Shown here one piece after another: positions 44,837-54,633 of a stretch of 64,000 nucleotides of DNA. The position numbers and the translations under genes were made by a program. The stretch is from Escherichia coli (GTDB lineage: Bacteria > Pseudomonadota > Gammaproteobacteria > Enterobacterales > Enterobacteriaceae). The stretch lies in NCBI RefSeq assembly GCF_003991155.1, contig NZ_CP031293.1; one strand, written 5' to 3'. The notes under the pieces are model-generated. The model did no database searches. It was not told the DNA's origin and saw nothing but the letters and a program-made list of their open reading frames with translations. Position 1 is the first letter of the stretch. Each line of letters starts with the position of its first letter.

Positions 44837-45823
44837 ATGAACGCAATAATATCGCCCGATTATTACTATGTTCTTACCGTTGCTGGTCAGTCTAATGCCA
44901 TGGCGTATGGCGAAGGACTGCCATTACCGGACAGGGAAGATGCGCCTCATTCCAGAATTAAACAATTAGCGAGATTTGCGCATACGCATCCCGGAGGCCC
45001 GTCATGTCACTTTAACGACATTATTCCACTGACTCACTGCCCACACGATGTTCAGGATATGCAGGGTTATCACCATCCTCTGGCAACGAATCATCAAACA
45101 CAGTACGGCACCGTTGGCCAGGCACTGCATATAGCACGGAAATTACTGCCCTTCATTCCTGATAATGCAGGGATTCTCATCGTTCCGTGTTGCCGTGGCG
45201 GATCGGCTTTTACCGCAGGCAGCGAAGGGACATATTCAGAACGGCACGGAGCCAGCCATGATGCTTGTCGTTGGGGAACGGATACTCCGCTATACCAGGA
45301 TTTAGTCAGCAGAACGCGAGCCGCACTGGCAAAAAATCCGCAGAACAAATTCCTCGGCGTATGCTGGATGCAAGGCGAATTTGACTTAATGACCAGTGAC
45401 TACGCGTCACACCCTCAACACTTTAATCATATGGTTGAAGCCTTTCGTAGGGATCTAAAACAATACCATTCTCAGCTTAATAATATTACTGACGCACCGT
45501 GGTTTTGCGGCGATACCACCTGGTACTGGAAAGAAAAATTCCCTCATGCGTATGAAGCGATTTATGGCAATTATCAAAATAATGTTTTAGCCAATATTAT
45601 TTTCGTCGACTTCCAGCAACAAGGTGAAAGAGGACTGACGAACGCGCCTGATGAAGATCCGGACGATTTAAGCACGGGATATTACGGTTCAGCGTACCGG
45701 TCACCGGAGAACTGGACGACGGCACTGCGAAGCAGTCATTTCAGCGCGGCAGCCCGTCGGGGGATTATTTCTGACAGGTTTGTAGAAGCAATTTTGCGTT
45801 TGTCACATTTTCACAAAGAATAG
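44837..45823 (+). CDS. nanS: 9-O-acetyl-N-acetylneuraminate esterase (SGNH/DUF303)
   Basis: From ATG 44837 (MNAIISPDYYYVLTVAGQSNAMA...); ORF track begins at 44810. Confidence 0.8.
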   Translation: MNAIISPDYYYVLTVAGQSNAMAYGEGLPLPDREDAPHSRIKQLARFAHTHPGGPSCHFNDIIPLTHCPHDVQDMQGYHHPLATNHQTQYGTVGQALHIARKLLPFIPDNAGILIVPCCRGGSAFTAGSEGTYSERHGASHDACRWGTDTPLYQDLVSRTRAALAKNPQNKFLGVCWMQGEFDLMTSDYASHPQHFNHMVEAFRRDLKQYHSQLNNITDAPWFCGDTTWYWKEKFPHAYEAIYGNYQNNVLANIIFVDFQQQGERGLTNAPDEDPDDLSTGYYGSAYRSPENWTTALRSSHFSAAARRGIISDRFVEAILRLSHFHKE

Positions 45824-45872
45824 TACACGCTATTCCTTGTGCAATCAGGCCAACTCGCAATAAAGGCAGCAA

Positions 45873-46567
45873 CTATGCTTGAAGCCCCTTCCCCGCCGGA
45901 TAAATAATATCCTTACGGCAATTGGTAACCGTATAAAAGGCCTGATGTTTTGAACTGCCGTTGACGGAGATGAAGTAATCTGCTTTTTTGGCAGCATCCA
46001 ATAACGCATCAATGGCAACGCGATCATTGTTGAGCTCAATTCATAGCGCTGGATACAATTTCAATAAGGCGTCTTTACCACGTTGCGTGGCATTTTTGTA
46101 ATACTGTAAAACACCCGCTTTTTCCCGCGGAGATTCCGATACAACGGAGACGTTACGCTTGCTGGTATGGTTTCTGTCGGGAGGGTACTACCGATATCCT
46201 TACAAGCGTAGAGCTGTTCCATCATGCGTGCCAACAACAACATACGGATATCCAACCGTTCCCAGCGACGTAGGAACATCTCGCGAATGTTAATCCAGTA
46301 CTGTAGTCGGCGATCGCTATCACCAGATTCACAATCATAAAGAACCTCTGCAATATCAAGAGTATACTTGAGAATTTATGTCGATTCATTTTTCGTGCAC
46401 AACATTTCGATAGCTTCGAGGGCATCATGGTATTCTTTGTGACTGAAGGTCCATGAAAGTAACGTATCGAGAATAATCCCTGTAGTTGCCAAAATGAGTT
46501 GATCACTACACAATGATTTGTTTGTACAGAAGGAACGATTATTATATGTTCTTGTAGGGCAGAGCAC
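45873..46567 (-). pseudogene. Degraded gene remnant (internal stops and one frameshift), possibly yjhR-like
   Basis: Minus-strand translation runs ...SWTFSHKEYHDALEAIEMLCTKNEST-stop-ILKYTLDIAEVLYDCESGDSDRRLQYWINIREMFLRRWERLDIRMLLLARMMEQLYA... then shifts frame to ...YYKNATQRGKDALLKLYPAL-stop-IELNNDRVAIDALLDAAKKADYFISVNGSSKHQAFYTV...; four overlapping short ORFs in the track. Confidence 0.45.
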
Positions 46568-46684
46568 GTTGCTACCGTAACAGCGTTGAAGATAATTTGG
46601 CCGAGACTGTAGTGGCCCAGTTTAAAAGGTAGCAGAATTTTAAAAGTGTCAGGTGCATAGAATTAAAAAAATGGAACTATAAAA

Positions 46685-48418
46685 ATGGAAATCATATTAC
46701 CAAAAAACACCTTATATGACAGAGAGCAAAATGTCTTTTTTGAAAAGGTTACGGCCTTAATTGGCGAAAATGGTGCTGGTAAGTCCTCGATTTTACAATC
46801 CGTATTTATTAACTGTTTAACAAAAAAATATCTACCAGAAACAAAGGTTGTTTGTTTTTCTTCTGGACAAAATGAGAAATACTCAACGTACTTCTCTGAT
46901 TATCTTTCTCATGAAAGGCAAGCAAATAGAGGTCTTAACTTAGATTGTTGTTATTACGATAAATCATGGTCAAAGTTACTAATATTCATATCCACAATTT
47001 GTAAATCAAATGGTCTTGTTAGAAATTTTTTATGTGAGAAAGGCTATATTGATGTATCAGATGATAAAAATGATGATATATCAAGCAAGCTTACATTGAC
47101 GGTCCGAGTAAATTCGGCTTACGTTAATCGAGTAAAAATGGCATTAGCACAAGAAGAACAAGGTATTGAAAATACTTTAAGGTATTCAGCTTATCATAGG
47201 ACTTTAGAAAGTTTCATTAATAATATTGTTAATGCTGATTATGATTTCGAGTCTCCACTTGAAGCTCAAGAGATCTTGCTAACTCATTCAAATTTTTTCA
47301 ATCCATCATTTGAGGAAGCAGAAGATTCCTTTTTTGATCCTATCATAACATTTTTCACTCAAGCAGCAGATAATGATTACTTTATAATAAAACCATCATT
47401 ACAGCTAGAGTTTAAAAATAATATCGAACTGAATGATATTAGTGATGGGGAATATCAAGTACTCTTTTTATACTCTCTGCTTGATATTTTTGATAGTCCT
47501 AATACTTTATTCTTATTAGATGAGATAGATTCCCATTTACATTACAAGAATATTGAGCTCTTATGGCATCGACTACATAGTATTAATGGTTATGCGATAA
47601 CAACCACCCATCTATTAGACTCAATTACAGCTACTGATAATGATTTTAAAAACTTAAAGATTGTTGATAAAGGAAAAATAAAAGAAGATGATAAAATAAA
47701 AACTATAATAGAACGTTTATCTGTCTTGACAAGAATATCAGACGTACAGTTCGAAGTGTGTCGTAAACTAGAAAACATAGTATTGATGGATGATTATAAT
47801 GATTGGACTATTTTTTATGCCTTAGCAAAGAAAAAAGGACTTGATGTATCAAAGTTAGATGGCCTCCATGCAATAAAACAGTCCTCTGGTTACGATAATT
47901 TAAATCAAGAGTTCGCAAAACCAAAAATAGAGTGGATTAATTCGCTTTTAAATGTAAATACTGATAAAAAAGTCAAAAGAATATTCATGATCTGCGACAA
48001 AGATGAGGCTCCAATTACCTATCAGAAAGATGGAGTTCAAGTCAATGGAAGTGAATATTCAAAACATATAGCGAAGTTAGAAAATAAAAACAAAAATAAA
48101 ATATATCTCCTTGCATGGAAAAGAAGAGAAATAAAAAACTACTTACTATCTTATACGGCATTGTCCCATCATGGATTTATCGAGCAAATAAACAATGGAG
48201 ATCTGCCAGCTAACAGTTATTTAAAAGAAAACGATCCTGGAGATAATTCAGCAATTAGCCGGCTTAACGTAAAACATTGCATCACAAAAATAATTGATTC
48301 TGATGGTATAGGATTAGATATATCAAAACTTTACTCATATATAGAACTTATACCACCTGCTGAGATCAGTGAAGATATAGTGAACATGTACAATTTTTTG
48401 GTGGAGAAATTAAAATGA
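46685..48418 (+). CDS. OLD/PARIS-like ABC-type ATPase (AAA_15/21-like) with C-terminal Toprim-like (RloB/DUF4435-like) domain
   Basis: 577 aa; Walker A LIGENGAGKSSIL, Walker B/D-loop LFLLDEIDSHLH, C-terminal DxD-type motif IFMICDKDE; very AT-rich coding sequence; stop overlaps the next gene's start (ATGA). Confidence 0.6.
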   Translation: MEIILPKNTLYDREQNVFFEKVTALIGENGAGKSSILQSVFINCLTKKYLPETKVVCFSSGQNEKYSTYFSDYLSHERQANRGLNLDCCYYDKSWSKLLIFISTICKSNGLVRNFLCEKGYIDVSDDKNDDISSKLTLTVRVNSAYVNRVKMALAQEEQGIENTLRYSAYHRTLESFINNIVNADYDFESPLEAQEILLTHSNFFNPSFEEAEDSFFDPIITFFTQAADNDYFIIKPSLQLEFKNNIELNDISDGEYQVLFLYSLLDIFDSPNTLFLLDEIDSHLHYKNIELLWHRLHSINGYAITTTHLLDSITATDNDFKNLKIVDKGKIKEDDKIKTIIERLSVLTRISDVQFEVCRKLENIVLMDDYNDWTIFYALAKKKGLDVSKLDGLHAIKQSSGYDNLNQEFAKPKIEWINSLLNVNTDKKVKRIFMICDKDEAPITYQKDGVQVNGSEYSKHIAKLENKNKNKIYLLAWKRREIKNYLLSYTALSHHGFIEQINNGDLPANSYLKENDPGDNSAISRLNVKHCITKIIDSDGIGLDISKLYSYIELIPPAEISEDIVNMYNFLVEKLK

Positions 48419-50322
48419 ACACCTCTTTATTTGAAGATCTACTTACACTAATCAAGAAAAAGAGTTCGATAAGGAATACAGAACAAGCAGTAGAGTTAAT
48501 TTCATTATTTATTTTTTTACATTATATAAAATTATATCTTTATGAAAATGATAAAAGATTTTCAGATATAAAAAACATATCAAGCAACAACATTAATGAA
48601 ATTAAATATTATTATCAGCAACTATATGAAAGTTTTATTTTCTCGATAGATATAAAAAATATAAACCACGACATGCTTGAAAAGCTCAGGAGTAAGATAG
48701 GTTTTTTAATTAATAACATCAATGACCATGAAATAATTAAATATATAGATTATTCTATTTCGCAGATACATTCACTTACAGAATTCTATCAATATGCAAA
48801 TTCTTATCAATCTTTAATTCTTAGGATGGTTAATGAATCGGGTCGTTCAGGTGAATATGTTACTCCATCTGCTTTAGTTCAGCTCATGGTTGAAATGTTA
48901 TCACCTACAGATGGCACATCAATCTACGACCCCGCATGTGGAACTGGGGGTTTATTAATAGAGTCAGCACGATATATTAAAGGCAACAGTTTAAACAAAA
49001 ACTTAAATTTAAATTATTCCCTTATTGGTAATGACACATCATCATTTGCCTGTCTAATCTCAATTGTTAACCTTTTAATCAATAAAGAATTTAATTTTGA
49101 AATAATACTAAAAGATAGCTTAGATATAAATTATAAGAATACAAAATATGACTTTATTTTAACTAACCCACCATTTGGGAAAAAGAGCGGTTGGGATAAT
49201 ATTCATATTGACACACATTATAAAGGACCTAATCTAGACTATTACTTCCTGGAGCATGTTATTGACTCTCTCGCTGTTAATGGCAAAGCAGCCATAATAT
49301 TACCAGAGCGTTTTTTATATGATGTGAGTAAAGAGTGCATCACTCTTAAAGATAAGATCTTCCAAAATTATAATTTAGATTGTATTTTATCTATACCGTC
49401 AGGTGCATTGCTTCCTTACACTGCAGTAAAATTATGTATTCTTTTTATAAGTAATCCTGGCCCAACAGATAGAATATTTTTCTACAATTTAAATAATGGT
49501 GAAAAATACTCACGTACAAATATTATAAAATTCGATGATTTTATAGATTTTTTAGAGTCAGCAAAAAATAGAACAATAACTGAACACTCCTGGATTATCA
49601 ATATTAGTGATACACCTTCATCTTATAACTTACTCTTAAAAGATAAAGAGCGAAACTCATATGAGTTTCTTAGTGATTCTATAGTTAACATTGAACAGAC
49701 AATACGTAATAATGAATTATTACTAACAGAGTTGTCTTTATTAAGAGAAAAAATAGCAATCTTAGAGTCAACAATAAAAAATCATTCGCATGAATATGAA
49801 TTTGAGAGACTTAAAGTTGGAAATATTGCAATAGTAAAATCCGGAAATTTATTACAAAAAAACAGGCTGTTACCCACTGGACCAATTCCTGTATACGGTG
49901 GAAATGGAGTTATTGGATATAACAATGAGGCAATGGTAAATGGTGAAAATATTATTATTGGTAAGGTCGGAGCTCTTTGCGGAAACGTTCGGTATGTTCA
50001 AGGTGATATTTGGGTGACAAATAACTCATTAATTATTAAGAATTATTTACCAAATAAAGTTTTAACACCCTACCTTGCAAAGTTATTATCTACTTTAAAC
50101 TTAAGAAAGCTCGCCGTTGGTACCGCTCAACAATATTTAACCACAACACAAATAAAAAATGTAGAAATTAGCATTCCACCTTTAACGACCCAGCATAAAT
50201 TAAATATGTGGCTTGATGAGTTAGATAATACCCTTGAACAATATAATAAGCTCATTGAAAAAATAATGAATGATAAGCGAGAACTTAAAGAGAATTTGTA
50301 TAAAGGTCTTTTAATAGAATAG
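48415..50322 (+). CDS. HsdM-like N6-adenine DNA methyltransferase fused to one HsdS-type target-recognition domain (M-S fusion)
   Basis: 635 aa; motif X EYVTP, motif I DPACGTGG, motif IV TNPPFG; C-terminal ~180 aa resemble a single TRD plus HsdS conserved helix (KVGNIAIVKSGN ... VTNNSLIIKN ... TTQHKLNMWLDELD); AT-rich; translationally coupled to the upstream gene. Confidence 0.7.
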   Translation: MNTSLFEDLLTLIKKKSSIRNTEQAVELISLFIFLHYIKLYLYENDKRFSDIKNISSNNINEIKYYYQQLYESFIFSIDIKNINHDMLEKLRSKIGFLINNINDHEIIKYIDYSISQIHSLTEFYQYANSYQSLILRMVNESGRSGEYVTPSALVQLMVEMLSPTDGTSIYDPACGTGGLLIESARYIKGNSLNKNLNLNYSLIGNDTSSFACLISIVNLLINKEFNFEIILKDSLDINYKNTKYDFILTNPPFGKKSGWDNIHIDTHYKGPNLDYYFLEHVIDSLAVNGKAAIILPERFLYDVSKECITLKDKIFQNYNLDCILSIPSGALLPYTAVKLCILFISNPGPTDRIFFYNLNNGEKYSRTNIIKFDDFIDFLESAKNRTITEHSWIINISDTPSSYNLLLKDKERNSYEFLSDSIVNIEQTIRNNELLLTELSLLREKIAILESTIKNHSHEYEFERLKVGNIAIVKSGNLLQKNRLLPTGPIPVYGGNGVIGYNNEAMVNGENIIIGKVGALCGNVRYVQGDIWVTNNSLIIKNYLPNKVLTPYLAKLLSTLNLRKLAVGTAQQYLTTTQIKNVEISIPPLTTQHKLNMWLDELDNTLEQYNKLIEKIMNDKRELKENLYKGLLIE

Positions 50323-50330
50323 ATCACAAT

Positions 50331-50357
50331 AGCAGGGTGTCCATAAAACACCCTGCT
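50331..50357. terminator. Hairpin between the convergent M-S fusion gene and hsdR
   Basis: AGCAGGGTG-TCCATAAAA-CACCCTGCT stem-loop. Confidence 0.45.
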
Positions 50358-50402
50358 ACTGGTTGCAAGTAAGTTGCAATATCTGTACTGCTGAAGCTAC
50401 TA

Positions 50403-53400
50403 TTAATAATGCTCCTCAATATACCCATACGCCTTCTGGAACAACTCTTTATCTTTCCCTAGTCCAAACTGGGCCAAGGTCAGTAAAAGCGCCTTTTGGA
50501 TTTCGCGCGGGCCACTGTTGGAATTTTGCCAGCCATCAAAGCGGGTAGCTTTCACAATTTTATCAATTTGCTCTACAACATCACCGATTAACTTAGGGGT
50601 AGTTTCCGGACGTGTTTCGAGGAAAAGCTTAGTCAACGCCTGTTTATTATCAGCTTCAGTTACTGGGCGCTCGCCCGTTTCGCGCTCGGCTTGAACGGTA
50701 TCTTTCGCTGCATCCAACAGGCCTTTCAACCAGTCAATGGCCTTGATAACACCAGCTTCATAGTCCTGACGCAGTTTTTCAAGGCGCTCGCCCAATGCCA
50801 CAAATTTAGGATCATGACTGCCGCGCAAACGTCCCATAAGATCAATCTCCAGGCGTTTGGCACGTTGTTCCTGCTCTTTAGCGGTCAGGGTAAAAATAGC
50901 GTGCTCGTCCATAACCAACTCGTCAATATCATCGCGAATACGATTGATATCAGTATGCTCATGGATCATCTTGATTGTTTCGGGGCCAAGGGCAGCCCAA
51001 ACAAGCGCACCTGTCTGCCCTACCGGACGCACCGATTCATAAATTTGCGCCAGCCATTTATAGTCCTGACGATAAGAGGTCAAAAAAGGATCTGGGTTGA
51101 TAGCTGACCATAACTTGGATAACACACCAAAGCTGGCAGCGAATTCATCGCGTTTCTCGTTGGTCGGCAGGCATTCCTGCGCGGCCATAATACCTTCAAA
51201 ACCAGCTATGGACCGATCCACACCAGGGAAGAAGGACAAACATTTATTCAGTTGTAACGGCAATAGCTCTTTAAATGCCTCAATTCCCTCTACAACTCCT
51301 TCAATTTCTTCAGGGTTATAGGCCAGAGCGGTACGCAGATTTTCGAAAACGCCGAGGTAGTCGATAATTAATCCCATGTCCTTGCGTACAGTATCGGTTT
51401 CGTACAACCGGTTGGTTCGGCACATGGCCTGAAGAAGAGTATGATCGCGTAGAGGCTTATCGAGGTACATGCAGTAGCAAATCGGGGCATCAAAACCCGT
51501 AAGCAGCTTGGCGGTTACGATAATAAGCTGTAATGGATGTTCAGGATCTTTAAAGCATTCAATCAGATCCTTTTGCACCTGTTCTTCGGCATCAATGTGC
51601 TGCCAGCGTTCAAAATCGACTTGTTTGACTGGCAGCTCCAACTCATCATGCCATTTAAGCCAATCCTTGTTGAGCTTGTCTTTTTTGCCACCCTCTTCAA
51701 CTTTAACCGGAGCCTGGTCAACGTTCATAACCACTTCAACCGCATCAAAACCAAGCTTTTCACCGAGCAAATAATACATCTGCACACAGGCTTCGCGATC
51801 GTATACCACAACCATGCCTTTCATCTTTTTCGGCATAACATGGTTGGTAAAATGCTCAGCAATATCATTACTCACCGCAGCCATACGCCTAGGGGATTTC
51901 AGCATGATTGCCAGCTTGCCTGCACGCCTGGACAATGCTGCTTTTTCTTCTTCATCCAGGTTGTTTTCGGTAGCCAGTTGCTCGAACTCTTCATTGATGG
52001 CATCACGATCCACTCGGAGTTCAGCCAGCCGAGGTTCGAACTTCACCGGGTTAGTTGCGCCATCCCGGATCGACTGCTTATAGCTATAGCGGCTCATATA
52101 GCGACCTGGATCTTCTTCGGCACCGAACAATTTGAACGTATTACGATCAATGCCAGAAATCGGAGTACCAGTCAGGCCATAGAAGTGGGCATTGGGCAAC
52201 GCCCAGCGCATTTTCTCGCCTAATCCCCCTTCCTGTGTACGGTGAGCTTCGTCAACCAACACAATGATATTGTCCCGGTTGTTCAGGCCATTAGGGTTGC
52301 TATCGTCAATTTCGATATCTTTAAATTTAAAGATGGTGGTGATTAAAATGCCACGGCTGTCTTGTTCTATGTATTCACCCAACTTTTTGCAGCTTTGCAC
52401 TTTAATCAGATTCTTAACGTCGGCTCCGCCAAAGGTCTCGTTAATTTGGCTGTCCAGATCTCGCCGGTCCACAACGATAAGTACCGTCGGGTTTTTTAAC
52501 GCATTATCGGCACGTAGCATTTTGGCGGCGTAAAGCATCAACAAGGATTTACCCGATCCCTGGAAATGCCAAATAAGACCTTTTTTTGGATAGCCTCTGC
52601 GAACACGCTCAACAATTTGTTTTGCAGCTTCAAATTGCGGATAACGCGGCAGGATTTTAACGCGTTTAGGTGGAGTATTTTTGCCCGTTTTGACGGTTGA
52701 AAATAATGCAAAAGATTCAAGTAACTGCAATAAGGTTTGTGGATTTAACAAACTCTCACAGCTGTTGAGTACCGATGCTAATCCCGGCAGAATTTCATCA
52801 CGAAGCTCAGTATTATGCCAGGGCCCCCAGTCTTTAACTCTGGCATTAATGGCACCATAGGCAAAGGTTTTTCCTTCGCTGGCAAAGCACAGCAAGTTAG
52901 GTACAAAGAAAGATTCAACATTTTTCCAGTAGTACTTTTTGCCACCCATGAAATCGGCAGCACCGTCTTGCCAGGTCACGCTGGGGCGTGTTGCGGTTTT
53001 AACTTCGCCCACTACTAGCGGTATGCCGTTCACATAAAGAACAATATCAAAATAGACTTCAGTGGCCGCGATATAGCGAACCTGCTGCGCCACCACAAAG
53101 TGGTTGTTCTCTATATTGTCAAAATCAATCAGATTGATGGTGATATGGTCGCCATTCTTACCAAAAGGCAAGGTTTTGTCGGCCATCAACCATTCCTGGA
53201 AGTTTTCATTGGCCTTTACCAAGCCGGTATGGCGGGCTTCTAAAACCACTCCTCGCAGTTTGTAAATGACCTCATCGGCATAGTCAGGCTGTCTGCCGAT
53301 ATCAGGGTTTAACGAACAAAGCGCGTCTTTTAGCCACTCATCAACGAAGATATCCTGCGCTTGTTTAGGCAGGTTTTCACCGTGGCAGTAAGTCCACTTG

Positions 53401-53465
53401 ACTCCGCTTAAACCTTTTAAACGGTCGATAATTCCATTTTCTGTGACGGTTTGTTCGTTAAACAA
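50403..53465 (-). CDS. hsdR: Type I restriction enzyme R subunit
   Basis: 1020 aa; SF2 helicase motifs (GSGKSLLMLYAA Walker A, VLVDEAHRTQ DEAH box); last gene of a tightly packed four-gene operon. Confidence 0.9.
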   Translation of the reverse strand: MFNEQTVTENGIIDRLKGLSGVKWTYCHGENLPKQAQDIFVDEWLKDALCSLNPDIGRQPDYADEVIYKLRGVVLEARHTGLVKANENFQEWLMADKTLPFGKNGDHITINLIDFDNIENNHFVVAQQVRYIAATEVYFDIVLYVNGIPLVVGEVKTATRPSVTWQDGAADFMGGKKYYWKNVESFFVPNLLCFASEGKTFAYGAINARVKDWGPWHNTELRDEILPGLASVLNSCESLLNPQTLLQLLESFALFSTVKTGKNTPPKRVKILPRYPQFEAAKQIVERVRRGYPKKGLIWHFQGSGKSLLMLYAAKMLRADNALKNPTVLIVVDRRDLDSQINETFGGADVKNLIKVQSCKKLGEYIEQDSRGILITTIFKFKDIEIDDSNPNGLNNRDNIIVLVDEAHRTQEGGLGEKMRWALPNAHFYGLTGTPISGIDRNTFKLFGAEEDPGRYMSRYSYKQSIRDGATNPVKFEPRLAELRVDRDAINEEFEQLATENNLDEEEKAALSRRAGKLAIMLKSPRRMAAVSNDIAEHFTNHVMPKKMKGMVVVYDREACVQMYYLLGEKLGFDAVEVVMNVDQAPVKVEEGGKKDKLNKDWLKWHDELELPVKQVDFERWQHIDAEEQVQKDLIECFKDPEHPLQLIIVTAKLLTGFDAPICYCMYLDKPLRDHTLLQAMCRTNRLYETDTVRKDMGLIIDYLGVFENLRTALAYNPEEIEGVVEGIEAFKELLPLQLNKCLSFFPGVDRSIAGFEGIMAAQECLPTNEKRDEFAASFGVLSKLWSAINPDPFLTSYRQDYKWLAQIYESVRPVGQTGALVWAALGPETIKMIHEHTDINRIRDDIDELVMDEHAIFTLTAKEQEQRAKRLEIDLMGRLRGSHDPKFVALGERLEKLRQDYEAGVIKAIDWLKGLLDAAKDTVQAERETGERPVTEADNKQALTKLFLETRPETTPKLIGDVVEQIDKIVKATRFDGWQNSNSGPREIQKALLLTLAQFGLGKDKELFQKAYGYIEEHY

Positions 53466-53466
53466 T

Positions 53467-54633
53467 TTATTGTCCCCTCAGAAGAATATTCAAATAACTG
53501 GACTTGAGTTTACGAATTTTTTGAAGCCTTGATTTAGCTTCTCTATAACTGTTTTCGGCTAAATGTAATATATCCTTATATTTCCCAAGCTCTCTTGATG
53601 GTGGTATAACCATCTTCTGAGAATGTACATCGGCATCATTAACAGCCGGGAAACTTGTACCAACTGCCAAATTGGTTAATGAATAAGTGAATTGCTTCGA
53701 CAAAGTGAAATAATAAATAAAATCGGACAAATCATTTTTTGCCCTTAGAACAGTAAAACCTGTTGATGCTATTGAATCATTCAATATTTCAGACACATAA
53801 AACGTAGCTCTATGATTGGGTCTAACAGTGCTAACAACAATATCTTTTTCCTTAAGAATACGCCGAGCTCGGCTGGGGGCTTCAGCGAAATGGTATTCTT
53901 TAGGAGTATCGACAAAACCAGGAAAAGTCACTGAAGATATATCTATATACCTAATCAGCTTATTTTTATTGGCATCATTACTTAACAAGTCAAAATTAAT
54001 ATTTGATACATCCTTCAATCTAACTTTGTTATATCCAAATGGCAGTTTTTCTTTTCGATCAAATGTAGTCAACCGATCAATTAATCTTTGAAATAAATTT
54101 AATGCAGACCTTTCAGTCTCATTTGCACAATGTAATACTTGTTCGATTTTTTTTAAAGAATTTAAAAAATCAACTTGCAGATCCATTTCAGGAATAATAA
54201 ATTCCTGCTGACTTAAAACTTTCCATTTTATCGTTGGAGACAATGACCCCTCCGAAATTGCTACTGCACGATTCATGAAAGTATCAGACTGCATAATAAA
54301 GGGTAAAAACTCAGGTATTACAGTATTTGAATTTGCCTCCAGAACCATGGCATGAGCCGAACAGATACAATCCCAATCTGCTACCGCGACTTTACGTTGA
54401 TAAGCACGACGCTTACCAAAAATAATCTGGCCTTTTTTCACTAAAAGCTTCTGCCCTTCAACGTCACTGGGTGTACCATGACGTTTGATTTTCAGGCTGT
54501 CAGGGTCTAAATGCTCCAAACCGACATAAATTTCAAGGTCTGTCTCGCTCGGTTCCACTCGTTTAGAGATATGTTTAGCGATATCGCCAAACTTCACCAT
54601 TTGCCAGCCTTCAGGTAATTGCTGTTCTGTCAT
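53467..54633 (-). CDS. hsdS: Type I R-M specificity subunit (two TRDs)
   Basis: 388 aa with two TRD-like halves separated by a conserved central region; AT-rich; abuts hsdM2 and hsdR. Confidence 0.85.
   Translation of the reverse strand: MTEQQLPEGWQMVKFGDIAKHISKRVEPSETDLEIYVGLEHLDPDSLKIKRHGTPSDVEGQKLLVKKGQIIFGKRRAYQRKVAVADWDCICSAHAMVLEANSNTVIPEFLPFIMQSDTFMNRAVAISEGSLSPTIKWKVLSQQEFIIPEMDLQVDFLNSLKKIEQVLHCANETERSALNLFQRLIDRLTTFDRKEKLPFGYNKVRLKDVSNINFDLLSNDANKNKLIRYIDISSVTFPGFVDTPKEYHFAEAPSRARRILKEKDIVVSTVRPNHRATFYVSEILNDSIASTGFTVLRAKNDLSDFIYYFTLSKQFTYSLTNLAVGTSFPAVNDADVHSQKMVIPPSRELGKYKDILHLAENSYREAKSRLQKIRKLKSSYLNILLRGQ

Noticed and set aside
46685-50322. Reading ORF1/ORF2 as part of the adjacent type I system (an extra hsdM/hsdS)
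   Set aside because: They are on the opposite strand, separated from hsdR by a hairpin, and of very different base composition; ORF1 has no HsdR-like helicase motifs.
51537-52223. 228-aa plus-strand ORF inside hsdR
   Set aside because: Antisense to the helicase domain of hsdR; leucine/phenylalanine-rich mirror translation, not a real gene.
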